Below are positions 36,294 through 47,498 of a DNA stretch of 47,498 bases, one piece after another; the first letter of the stretch is position 1; every line of letters begins with the position of its first letter. The notes under the pieces are model-generated. The model saw nothing but the letters and a program-made list of their open reading frames with translations. It searched no databases and was not told where the DNA came from. Source of the DNA: Octopus bimaculoides (Eukaryota); contig NC_068983.1 in the NCBI RefSeq assembly GCF_001194135.2, positions 106,995,339 through 107,042,836 on the forward strand, written 5' to 3'. Position numbers and translations under genes: made by a program.

Positions 36294-36294
<1 letters not shown>

Positions 36295-36357
<63 letters not shown>
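36295..36357. repeat. (AAT)n microsatellite
   Basis: Direct reading; lies at the tail of a SINE-C. Confidence 0.98.
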
Positions 36358-36358
<1 letters not shown>

Positions 36359-36572
36359 CCTTTCTACTATAGGCTTAAGGCCTGAAATTTGAGTGGAGGA
36401 GGTTACTCAATTATATCGACCCCAGTGCATAATTGGTACTTATTTCAACCCCTCAAAAGATGAAAGACAAAGTTGACCTCAGTGGAATTTGAACACAGAG
36501 CATAAGGAAGGATGAAATGCTGTTAAACATTTTGTCCGGCATGCTAATAATCCTGGCAGCTCACCACCTTAA
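36358..36572 (-). mobile_element. SINE family C
   Basis: Full length, with (AAT)n on both sides. Confidence 0.85.
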
Positions 36573-36689
36573 ATAATGATAATAATAATAATAATGTAAC
36601 TTATTGTCAGAATCCCATTCTGATGCCCTAGGTTTCTTTTGGTCAATCACGGCATCCATCTGCATGTATATATACACACATGCACACAA

Positions 36690-36850
36690 TGGGCTTCTTT
36701 CAGTTTCTGCCTGACAAATCCATTATCAAGGCTTCGGTTGGCCTGAGGCTATGGTAGAAGACATTTGCCCAAGGTGCCATACAGTGGGACTGAATCCAGA
36801 ACCATGTGGTTGGGAAGCAAACTTTTTACCACACGGTCATGCCTGTGCCT
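36690..36850 (-). mobile_element. SINE-A 5' half
   Basis: gggcttctttcagtttc...gggaagcaaactttttaccacac. Confidence 0.85.
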
Positions 36851-36959
36851 GTTTAGGTAATATTTTTCTTTTAAATTTCAAAGTGTAATTAACTGAATGC
36901 ACTAATGAGTTTCTCTCTGATATTGCCCATATCATGCCCTTTTCTATTGTTGCACTATT

Positions 36960-37830
36960 CCAGTCTTGTTTTTATAAAGTTTTATGCTATCCTTTTCTAT
37001 TTCTTTCTAAGCTTGCATAAAACATAGGGGCACCTTAAATCAACAGTCTTTCCCCATCTAAATTACCAATGCAATAGTGACATGCAGTAGATTTTAAGAA
37101 ATCAATGAGTCGAATTCTATAATGTGAAACTATATAAATCTGCAGTTCGATTTATCAGCTATACAGTCAAATGACTCAACTGTAGCACTGCTACATATCC
37201 ATTGTGTAATATTAGAGGCTGACCTAATTTATAAGATAGTAGAATCTAGTATTCTCTTGCTTACAATACCTAATTCACTTTTCATAAAGTTTATTACTCT
37301 GCAGCTAGAATTGTGGTGAAGTTTTCCTTGTGATCCTTTGAAGACACAAATGGATTGCATGTATTAAGTCAGCTAAATTAAATTTTGCAGCTATGCATTT
37401 TGCTTATTGTGAACTACATTCTAGGATTGCTCTTTTTATAGGTTTTCGTAATGTCTGATAGCAATTTAGTAAAGGCTGCCTGTCAGACTCATATATGGTT
37501 TTAGTCTTGTCTACTTTTACAAATATAGTAGAAACTTATGAAGGTAGTGTAGAGACACCTCTAGTATGTTCTAAAATTTATTCATTCTTTTGTTAAATCT
37601 TACACTTTTTACAAGTCTAATTAGGTCTAGCACAAATCTTTCTAAGTCTTTTATGAGTCATGGATTTTTACTTGACTTAAACCTATGATTGTCCTCTGCA
37701 GAAGAATTAGATGCCCTTTGTCAACAAAGAATGCTTTCCATTCCATTCTTCTTCTCATGTGTCCTGTTTTCCTGATTAGTTATCTAGTATAGAAGACATT
37801 TAGTTGGAGTTATGATGCTTATTGTGGTTT
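36960..37830 (-). mobile_element. Penelope-like element N-terminal/RT fragment (decayed)
   Basis: LIRK...RRMEWKAFF...FKSSKNP...IFVKVDKTKTIYE...KDHKENF...CRVINFMKSELGIVSKRILD...FHIIEF, with frameshifts. Confidence 0.8.
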
Positions 37831-37974
37831 TGTGTATCAATCGTATTCACATTGTGTTCCTAGTTTCTTGATGGTGTTCAGTTATACTTTACCATCCTCC
37901 TTTTGAGTACCCTTTCTTCCTATTGTCAACACTAATGTATCTTGGACTTTTCACAATTTCAAGTCATTTGAGGA

Positions 37975-38034
<60 letters not shown>

Positions 38035-38152
38035 NNNNNNNNNNNNNNNNNNNNNNNNNNNNNNNNNNNNNNNNNNNNNNNNNNNNNNNNNNNNNNNNNN
38101 NNNNNNNNNNNNNNNNNNNNNNNNNNNNNNNNNNNNNNNNNNNNNNNNNNNN

Positions 38153-38186
<34 letters not shown>

Positions 38187-38208
38187 GTATATATATGCAT
38201 ACACATAT

Positions 38209-38240
<32 letters not shown>

Positions 38241-38689
38241 GTATATAATATATATGTGTATTTGTATATGTATGTTTGTATGGATCAGTGTGTGTGGTGG
38301 GGGTGAGAGAGAATATCTTCGATCAGGTGTAGACAATCACATCCATATTCATTCAATGCTTAAAATACAACCGTGCACTAATACATATGCAGGCATGTGC
38401 CCAAATATTAGTAAATCTGTACTGATAATCAGAAACATCTGAGCTTGCATTTCTATACAAGTACATTGACAAAAAGAAAAACAAACAACATTATGCACAA
38501 CAACTATGTATGCACATAAATGCATATGGAGAATTACACATTTTAATATTCATAGAAATGCATATGCATATGAATACATGTATACATGGGTAATTGGGCA
38601 AAATTATGACTGTTTAATACATACTTGTGTATATATACATGTGAATGCATAACATAAAATTACATTAACATGCAGACATAAAATTAGAC

Positions 38690-38895
38690 ACACACACACA
38701 CACATACACATACACATATGCATATAATTTACTAATTAATATACAAATGTATATGCATATATAGGTATGGATGTGAGTGTGTGGAATATTTTATACACAA
38801 ATATATGAATTTTATATATGTATATATATTTATTATATATGTACATATATATGTGTGTGCATATATATATATGTGTGTGTGTGTATATATTTGTA

Positions 38896-38943
<48 letters not shown>

Positions 38944-39110
38944 GATATAGATATACACACATATATATATGCATATATGTATATATGTGCATATGCACAA
39001 ACATACATATGCATATGTATATATATATATATATACACACATTTACATACAAACACTCACACACATACACACACACACACACATGCACATATACAGAACT
39101 ATGCATATTT
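38690..39110. repeat. Degenerate (AT)/(GT)/(CA) compound microsatellite field
   Basis: Direct reading. Confidence 0.95.
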
Positions 39111-39258
39111 ATATACTAAACTACAGAAATGAAATGAAACCTATCCACTGAAAACAAATTGTTAAAAAAAATAAATGAAAACAAAATATAAACAAAACAA
39201 TATAAAGAAGACAGAAATACATAGCTATATCTAAGATGAATGCTTTAGTAAAACTAAC

Positions 39259-39385
39259 CCTGCGGGTATACCCTTTGAGTATGGCATACAGCAATTTCTT
39301 GATACTATCGATTTATTGATCCAGTAGAGCAGGTTCTCAAAGTGATATTGATTTGTTGTTGAGAGCAGTGTATTTAGTTTGGAAG
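39259..39385 (-). CDS. Candidate internal coding exon (127 nt, phase 1 to 2)
   Basis: Acceptor gttgaattcttctaag| and donor GCAGG|gttagt. Open frame (A)SKLNTLLSTTNQYHFENLLYWINKSIVSRNCCMPYSKGIPA(G) is phase-compatible with exon 43496-43588. Confidence 0.6.
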
Positions 39386-41302
39386 CTTAGAAGAATTCAA
39401 CAGTTACAATCCATTTTTCATCTCAAATCTCTTTTTCTTGTTAGTTCTTTTTCTTCTTCTTCTTCTCCTTTTATTTCTTCTTTTTGTAGGAATTATTGTT
39501 CAAAGTTTATAAAATGAATAACAAAAAAACAGGAAAAAAAAAAATTTTAAGAAAGTTTTTAAGATATTCTTGTCAACATTTTATTTTGCTTTTTACACTT
39601 ATACCATAGCAATAATTGTTATTTAGTAAAACACACAAACACACTCATGCACATGCACATATGCTAAGCATAAAAGAAAATTAACAGATCATATACATAT
39701 ATACAGAGTTAAGAAAAAAAAACAGCAAAAATCTCTACACATGATTATTAACATAAATTTGAATAACACATTTATGTAAAATTTGGCTTCATTTTCCGTA
39801 AACATACATACATGCATACATGCATGCATACATACATACATGCATGCATATACACATATACATATACATGTATATATATATACACATATATATACATATT
39901 TAGAGAGAGATACACACACACACACACACACACACATGAATGTGTGACTGTTTACATTTCATAAGAATTAAAACTAAAACAAACAGTCAGTTTAATATGG
40001 TTTGCCTTTAGTTTTTCACAGCAAAATATTGGTTATGAGAAGAAGAAGAAGAAGAAGAAGAAGATTGAATGAATGAATAAAAAACAATAATAAGATTTAA
40101 AAAAGAAATAAAAGCATATTGATTTAAAAACAAATATTATAAGGGTAAATTTTGCTTTTCTTTTCATTTTTAATATTCAACTTTTACCTTGAAAGTCAAC
40201 ATTTTGGGTGAGAGAAATTTTATTTCTGTGTAACATATTTCTCTTGTAATAATATTAACAGCTTTATCATCATCTTTGCTAGGTATATTTATCAGAAATA
40301 TACTTTTGGAATTGTCAATACCTCTTTATGCTAAATTTAATTCCAACAGAGAGATGCTGCAGTATTTTGTTATTGTAAAAAGAACAAGAAGCTCTAATTT
40401 CATTTTATTATTATTTATCTATTATCTTATTTATTTATTTACTTTTTTGGTTAAGGAATGGACAAACCAAGTTTCTCAAAGCTAAACCCAACATATTTCA
40501 CAAAATTTATGGTAAATCTTTTGGGTTATTTCTGAAAACTTTATCCAAAAAAACCTGAAAACATAGCCTGTGTTGCGTCTGTATGGAAAGATAGTTGCTC
40601 ATTTGCTAATCATTGAAAAATAAAAAAGTGAAAGAAATTGGAATACGATGATTATTTAATGCACTTTGTATATACATATCATATACTTTGTGCACAATTT
40701 TATAGACTTAATACAGAGCACTCACAAAATAATCACTCTTATTTTACCATTTTTCCTANNNNNNNNNNNNNNNNNNNNNNNNNNNNNNNNNNNNNNNNNN
40801 NNNNNNNNNNNNNNNNNNNNNNNNNNNNNNNNNNNNNNNNNNNNNNNNNNNNNNNNNNNNNNNNNNNNNNNNNNNNNNNNNNNNNNNNNNNNNNNNNNNN
40901 NNNNNNNNNNNNNNNNNNNNNNNNNNNNNNNNNNNNNNNNNNNNNNNNNNNNNNNNNNNNNNNNNNNNNNNNNNNNNNNNNNCACCACCACCACCACCAC
41001 CACCACCACCACCATCGCCATCGTTGTCATCATCGTCATCATCGTCATCATCATCATCATTGTCATCATCATTGTTTTAATGTTCATATTTCAATGATGT
41101 TTATCCTGTCACCAACTCTCATTTGTTACAAAGCAAGATAATAAATATTCCCCCATGACTGGATATATTTTTGGAGAAGATTGGAAATGAAAGACAACTT
41201 TTGTATAATGGTGATGCTTGTTCACAACAACTACATAGTCTCAATACAAGGAATCATGCCCCCCTTGCCGCTTGCCACACACACACAACCACCACATATA
41301 TG

Positions 41303-41455
41303 AGCTTCTTTCAGTTTCTGTTGATGAAATCCAATTACAAAGTTTTGGTCAGCCAGAGGCTATAGTAGAAGGCACTTGTCCAAGGTGCCATGCAGTGGGG
41401 ACTGAATCCAGAGCCATGTAGTTGGGAAGCAAACTTCTTACCACACAACCAAGCC
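41303..41455 (-). mobile_element. SINE-A 5' half
   Basis: gcttctttcagtttc...gggaagcaaacttcttaccacacaacc. Confidence 0.85.
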
Positions 41456-41694
41456 TGATTATGTAAGAAATGATGTATTTCAAGACAACAAAAGTTCCAT
41501 ATAAAGATGAAGAAATATGGGAGAGGGTCATATGCTTTGGTTGTAGTCAAGCAGCAAAACACATTCCAAGATGTTAGAGGGAGTAGAAGATCAAGGCCTC
41601 ATTTGGTGAGAACAATACAGTGAAAAAAACAAGAAAATTGCTGCAAAACTCCACGATAGTGATGTCAGAAGTGGGATGCAGACCACCATATAAC

Positions 41695-41973
41695 TTAATA
41701 CAGTTCTATATTTAAGAGATGAGGAGTTATGTACATTATTTACATTATTTACAATTGACGGATATTTGTCTTCATCTTGTTTGTTATTAACACAATGTTT
41801 CGGCTGATATACCCTCCAAGCTTTCATCAGGTGTCTTGGGGAAATTTTGAACCTGGGTTCTCATTCCTAAGGTATTTTTCGATGTTGTTAGTATTATGGA
41901 ATCGAACTCAGAATCTTGGGGTTAGTAGCCTGCGCTCTTAACCACTACGCCATATGGCTGTAGGCAATTATGG
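41695..41973 (-). mobile_element. Inverted PLE terminal-repeat segment with a tRNA-like unit and a hammerhead
   Basis: Minus strand has A box TGGCGTAGTGG and B box GTTCGATTC (41898-41958), then the hammerhead-like motif. Joined head-to-head to the PLE ORF fragment. Confidence 0.65.
41789..41836 (-). ncRNA. Degenerate minimal hammerhead in a PLE-type terminal repeat
   Basis: GACAC-CUGAUGA-AAGCUUGGAGGGUAUAUCAGCC-GAAAC-AU-U-GUGUU. Stem I 5 bp; stems II and III carry mismatches. Confidence 0.5.
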
Positions 41974-42001
41974 AGTGAAGGTCGGCTTGCGGTATACGGT
42001 A

Positions 42002-42272
42002 TTCAGGACATCTGTATACCGCAAGCTAACCTTCACTGGATGATACCTCAACTTCAACTCCCACCATCTATGGAGTGTAAAGAGGGGGATTGCTCAGTGC
42101 CTAAAACATCGAGCAATGAATATAAGTAGTGATTGTAATACCCACCACGAAGAAATGATTAAGCTCAGTAACAATCTATTAAGCAACAACTACCCCAAAA
42201 GCATACTCTTCACTCTAATTATGAAGAAAAGAGAGGATGAAACCGATAAACTATCCACAGTCTGTCTATCCA
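42002..42272 (+). mobile_element. Penelope-like element thumb-domain fragment
   Basis: FRTSVYRKLTFTG*YLNFNSHHLWSVKRGIAQCLKHRAMNISSD...EEMIKLSNNLLSNNYPKSI. Confidence 0.85.
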
Positions 42273-42584
42273 GTCATGATTGCAATACAAATGCAGAGAT
42301 CACTGTTGTTGTCATATTTCCAGCAGCTATCACATATTTTATAATATACTCTGACTATCTCAATTAATTTATCCATATCTCTGACAACTATATATCTACT
42401 TGAAAATCTGCAGCTCAGTTACCCATTCATAAGGATTTCTATCCGTTATTCCTTGCCAGGGTAGTAGAGTAGATATCTATATATACAAATGAAATGTGTG
42501 GAGCGTGTGTGTGTATGTATGTGTGCATGTGCATGTGTATGTCTGTAGGTGTGGTGCATATGTGTAAGTGTGATTCAATCTGGA

Positions 42585-42616
<32 letters not shown>

Positions 42617-43495
42617 TGTGTGTCTGTGTCTGTGTGTGTATATATATATATACACACACATGTTTGCACATGCATGTATGTTTACTGGAAGAAACTTTAA
42701 CTGATGAAATAATTAGTCTAAAACATTCTGTGCTAATTAACTTATTAACTAAACTAACTATACTTATTAACTTATTAGCTATACTAATTAACTTAATTTC
42801 TACAGTCAAATGAACAAAATATAGACATTAAAATTAATCAAGAGTAAAGAAGCAGGAAGTTAAAATTGGAAAACCATTTGTTGGTGTTAAATCATATCTG
42901 AACAAGAAAAAAAAAATCTGAAAACAAAATTTCAACAGAATCATAATGGTTAATGCTTAGCTTCAATTTCCTATAAGTAAAGGAGTGGTAAATCTGCTGA
43001 AAAGTCTAGCACTCTGCTGAATATAATCTTCACTGAAAATCTGGTACCTATTTACAACAGTTAAGTGAACTAAATTGCATAAAATTAATTACTCAGAGGT
43101 GCTACCTACATGAAAAATAATAGTTAAGTTTGTGGTAATATATGTAATATAGATTAGTAGAAATATTTCTACAGCAAAGGGGAACCCCCCCCCCCACCAA
43201 AAGCAGAAATTTACATATGGTAAACACTTAATTCTGTTTGAATTATTTTGGGGTCAAGTACATGAGTCAACTAAATTTATGAAGTGATTCTTCCCTCATT
43301 ATGTTGATAAGTACACTGAAGTATGTGATTTGCTGATGAGATAAGAATAATATCAAGACATGTGTGGAATTGCCTCCCATATTTGTAAAATAATTAAAAT
43401 AATATTAGTCATCAACTAATAGCGTTCTCATTTTCCACCACATAAATCTTAAGTGGTAGATTTAATCTGTTACCTAGTTTAACACCACCACTTAC

Positions 43496-43588
43496 CATCC
43501 TCAGTAGACTCATTCTGTTTCAAATATTCAGGCCAAACCGCTGGTTTGAGAATAAATTCTTCCTTCACTTTCACCAATTGTGGAGACC
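43496..43588 (-). CDS. Candidate internal coding exon (93 nt, phase 1 to 1) of an unidentified gene
   Basis: Acceptor ttttttaatcttttcgtcag| and donor GATG|gtaagt. Only one frame is open: (G)SPQLVKVKEEFILKPAVWPEYLKQNESTED. No family recognised. Confidence 0.7.
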
Positions 43589-44267
43589 CTGACGAAAAGA
43601 TTAAAAAAAACCCAAAAATTCTAATTATTTTTTAATGTTTCTTTCACTTACATCTGACAACATGACCATTACCACACAGAAATAAGTATTTTGAGGAGGA
43701 AACAAAACAATTTGCTTACATATGAGATTCTGATATATCCTAAAAAACAATAATAAAATAATATTAATAATAACTATTGTAGAATTCTGTGTTATAAACG
43801 AGAGTTTGTATAAGATTGGTAAAGAAAATAGAAAAGAATTTGTTCAGAAAATATTTAGTTGTCTGTAAAATACACAAAACTGATGGGACTATTGAAAGAT
43901 CTTAATAAAACAAACAACAGAAATTTTGCTTAAATTGATCTTGTATATTCTTCTGAAAGAATATCGTTTATTTTTCTCTATGCTTTTACCCACTTCTTAT
44001 CATAATTTCTTGTAATTTCTTTAAGAAGTTGATTTATTTCTATGTTTAGATAATACAAAGAATTAAGATTATGGTAGCTCATAAAAACCTGTATATCAGA
44101 TTAGTTCTTTAAAGATAATTAGTTTGTAATAAACAGATTTATTTATTTATTTTTTTCTTTGTTTCAATTTTCTCATAAATCTAGATTTAAAGATTTCAAG
44201 ATATGAAGCCTCAGAATATGTTTAAAAAATATATACATGTGTACACATGTGTGTGTATGTGTGTCTA

Positions 44268-44305
44268 TGTGAGTGCGTTTGTGTGTGTGTGTGTGTGTGT
44301 GTGTG

Positions 44306-44378
<73 letters not shown>
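44268..44378. repeat. (GT)n microsatellite
   Basis: Direct reading. Confidence 0.98.
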
Positions 44379-44559
44379 TGTAAATGTATATATTAGTATA
44401 TGATTTGAGAATGACATCTCACCAATATAAAAGTGAAGAATATGTTATCAAGACAGAGCCATTATCATCTCCAGTAGTGCACCAAAATGCATAAATTTGA
44501 CAATATATGACTTTGTTTGATATGAATTTTTTTTTAATTAGCTTAATTAGCTTGAGGAG

Positions 44560-44778
44560 AAGGTGGCAAGCTGGCAGAATTGTTAGCATGCTGGATGCAA
44601 TGCTTCATGGTATTTCACCCATCACTATGTTCTGAGTTCAAATATTGCCAAGGTCGACTTTACCTTTCATCCTTTCAGGGTCAATAAAATAAGTACTAGT
44701 TGAGTACTGGGGTCAATGTAATTGACTATCCCCCTCCCCCAAATTTCAGGCCTTGTGCCTATAATAGAAAGGATTATT
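44560..44778 (+). mobile_element. SINE family C
   Basis: gagttcaaat B-box-like; ends ggccttgtgcctataatagaaaggattatt. Confidence 0.85.
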
Positions 44779-44884
44779 TAGCTTGAGGGGGAAAAGAAGA
44801 GGAAAAGAAGAGAAGAAGTAAGAGCGTTGGCCTTAATCGTTACAAGCCTATATGGATGGTGATGTTAATGTTAGTGATACTTAC

Positions 44885-44893
44885 CTGGGAATT
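44885..44893 (-). CDS. Possible 9-nt microexon, or the 3' end of a longer exon
   Basis: Consensus donor CAG|gtaagt, preceded by catacag|AATTCCCAG. Phase 1 to 1, in frame with exon 43496-43588. Polypyrimidine tract is poor. Confidence 0.25.
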
Positions 44894-46405
44894 CTGTATG
44901 TGTATACATTTGTATGTATATGATTATGCCTAAGTGTGTTTGTTTATGTGTATGTGAGTGTATACAGCCATGTGTTGTGTGTGTCTAAGATCAACCTATA
45001 GAGAAAAATAACTAATTGAATCAACTAGATACTTTTGTATCTCCTCTGATTTTTGCTTAGCAATCATGGGTCTGTCATCTTCCTTAGCTTGCTCAGAATA
45101 ATGCCAAACACAGCATTTTTTGTAGGTGAAGGAAGGCTAATTTGAGAAGGGTCTGTGTTGTCTAAACTTTGTCTGCTGGAGGTCTTTTAAATCTTTATTC
45201 ATTGTTATCATCAAACCAATTATTGTTCTTCTCTTTTGCAAAAAGAATTTCAATAAAATGTTAAATACAACACAATTTAAAAGGAAAATTGTAATGGAAT
45301 TCTATTTCATAGAATTACTTTACTGATTTTTGAATAAATGAAATATTCCTCTATAGATATTGTATAGAATGGAAACAAAAGAAGAAGAACAAATTAGAAT
45401 AATGAAAGTAGGAAGAAGAAAAGAAACAGAAAAACAAGAGGAAAAAATATAGAAAGAAAAACCAATAGTGGAACCAGAAAAATATTGAAGTGTTCGAGCA
45501 TATCTGACATGGTCTTTTCAGTACAAAGCAACACTAATATTACAATGGTATTGTTATGTTGACAAGTAGTGCCTTAAGTGACTAATAACTGTATCATTAA
45601 TATTGTATGTATCTCTAAGAGCTGTAATATTTAACATTTGTCAAAAGGTTGTCAATATATATATCTATATATTCCAAACTCTTTCTACTGGCCTTTCTTT
45701 TCTCTCTACTTAAAATATTTGATTTACTAATGATTGGCTCTTTCATATAAAAACCACTTAAATCACATGTAATATTATTTTCTGTGCCTAGGATTTATAG
45801 TCAATATTTGATAATATTGTTATTATTAATGTAGCCATGATAATTAAAAAAAAAAAGAATATCAGATACAGTTTGGTATTCGTCAACAGAGTTATAAATG
45901 AGACACAAGTCACATGCATGAATAGAAAGAAAGCCCTTTGAGCTAAGAAACTTATTCAATTCATTTGTGTGTTCTTGGTACGTGCAAACATTTATTAATA
46001 CACAGTTGTAGGGAATACAAATAAATTGGCTTCTAATATTGTTTTATAAGCAATCAAGATTTTATGGAGGAAATGTGTGAGAAACTATTTCTATCACTAA
46101 GATAGGAAATTGGTAGTATATTGTTATTAGTAAGCCATTTAACTGTGGTCATGGAATCAAAGATCATTGATTGTCCATTTGTCTTGTCAAAAATACTACT
46201 ACATGCACACAAAAAAATTTAAAATAGTAACAACTATAAAGAATTTTTCTTTTCTTTTACCATCTAATCAACCATAATACACATTCTCTTTACAACTGCT
46301 CCATCCTTTTCTGAGTCAAGATATCCAGATATCAACACTACCCGGTGTAGTTTTTGGTTTATTAATTCACGGTTACAAAGAAATTCCCTTAAAACAATTC
46401 CCTAC

Positions 46406-46499
46406 CCAACTAGCTTTTTCTGTCTCGTTTTCTTTTCCTTTAGTAAAAGCTTCATTACAGAATCTACAAACTGGATTATATGTTCTTATCTTAACCCAA
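46406..46499 (-). CDS. Weak candidate exon (94 nt)
   Basis: ctaataagctacag| ... TGG|gtaggg. Open frame WVKIRTYNPVCRFCNEAFTKGKENETEKASW. Its phase link to downstream exons is not established. Confidence 0.25.
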
Positions 46500-46745
46500 C
46501 TGTAGCTTATTAGTGAAGGCCTCATCTTATTTATATAATTTTTCTTTTTTCCCCCGTGTAACATGAAAAGTGAAAAGGAAACTCTGTCCATTTATCAGTC
46601 TATTTACTATTGAGGCAAATCAAAAGGCTAAGAGAAAAAGAATATGAATAAACACAAAGCTTCTCAGCAGGCTAATGTTCATTGTTGGTGAACTTACATA
46701 TTTTCATTGTCAGAAAAACAAAAGGTGGTTTATTTAAAAATAAAA

Positions 46746-47002
46746 CAACAACAACAACAACAACAACAACATCAGCAGCAACAACAACAGCAACAACATC
46801 AACGATAATAACAACAACAACAACATAACATTGCCATCTTCTATTTTCCCTTCACCTTCACCACTACCTCAACATTATTGTCATAGACACCACCACCAGC
46901 AGCATCACAACCACCAGTGCAACCACCTCTGTTGCCATTGCCACCACTGCCACTGTTGTCATTGTTGTTGTGATTGCTGTCATCACCACCATCATTATTA
47001 TT
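46746..47002. repeat. Low-complexity trinucleotide region (AAC/CAG/CAC/CAT/TTG)
   Basis: Direct reading. Confidence 0.85.
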
Positions 47003-47197
47003 CTAGTGTTATGAAAGTGAAAAGCAACAAAATAAGAAAAGTTGAGATTGTCTTTCACCTTATCTTCCAACAGGAAGCTTTCTCCTGATTTACATTTGTC
47101 TCATATTGTTCCCTCAAAGTGCAATAGGGCATGTTAAAAATTATAATACATGCATCTATCTATCTATCTATCTATATTTATATACATATATAATTAT

Positions 47198-47255
<58 letters not shown>

Positions 47256-47448
47256 TCACACACACACACACACAAATGTATTTATAAATTGAGGAGACAA
47301 TCATTAAAATGATTATGTTCCAGTACCCTTAATTATAATTGTATCTTTATAATTATATACTCAAATATATATATATGACACATACATATTTACATAAATA
47401 CTCATACGTATACATATGTATGAATGTATGTATGGATGTATGCATGTG

Positions 47449-47498
<50 letters not shown>

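Noticed and set aside
42423-42476. Possible exon (ISTLLPWQ)GITDRNPYEW with donor TGG|gtaact
   Set aside because: It ends in phase 0, incompatible with the next candidate exon (phase 1), and the acceptor is ambiguous.
42695-43360. CTGATGA motifs at ~42700 and ~43334
   Set aside because: No intact GAAAC and no closing stem.
46831-47088. His/Cys-rich ORF resembling a metal-binding peptide
   Set aside because: It derives from degenerate CAC/CAT/TGC trinucleotide repeats and has no splice or start support.
2197-47312. Dozens of ORF-track entries rich in HT/VC/YI/poly-I/poly-X
   Set aside because: They are translations of (CA)n, (TA)n and (ATT)n microsatellites or read through N gaps.

Overview
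AT-rich, microsatellite-dense eukaryotic DNA with 12 N-gaps (10350-10841, 11596-11710, 14496-14607, 17113-17359, 19547-19700, 22605-22704, 25059-25068, 25882-26074, 30186-30717, 34277-34442, 38035-38152, 40759-40982). The SINE repertoire suggests an octopus or other coleoid cephalopod (inference from recalled sequence, no search run). The window looks mostly intronic: a few short, phase-compatible candidate exons of an unidentified minus-strand gene lie among transposon relics. These include three tRNA-derived SINE families, RTE LINE pieces, R4/Dong-type 3' ends in (TAA)n arrays, Penelope-like element (PLE) fragments, hAT, mariner and pogo fossils, and piggyBac-, hAT- and Tigger-type MITEs. 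Nearly all ORF-track entries are microsatellite or N-gap artefacts. The least expected signals are four minimal type-I hammerhead-ribozyme-like motifs, all on the minus strand and one with an intact core; a ~1.65 kb inverted array of a ~347-bp unit carrying a conserved 20-22 bp palindrome; and a PLE inversion junction with readable microhomology. All translations and alignments were done by eye, so repeat boundaries are approximate.
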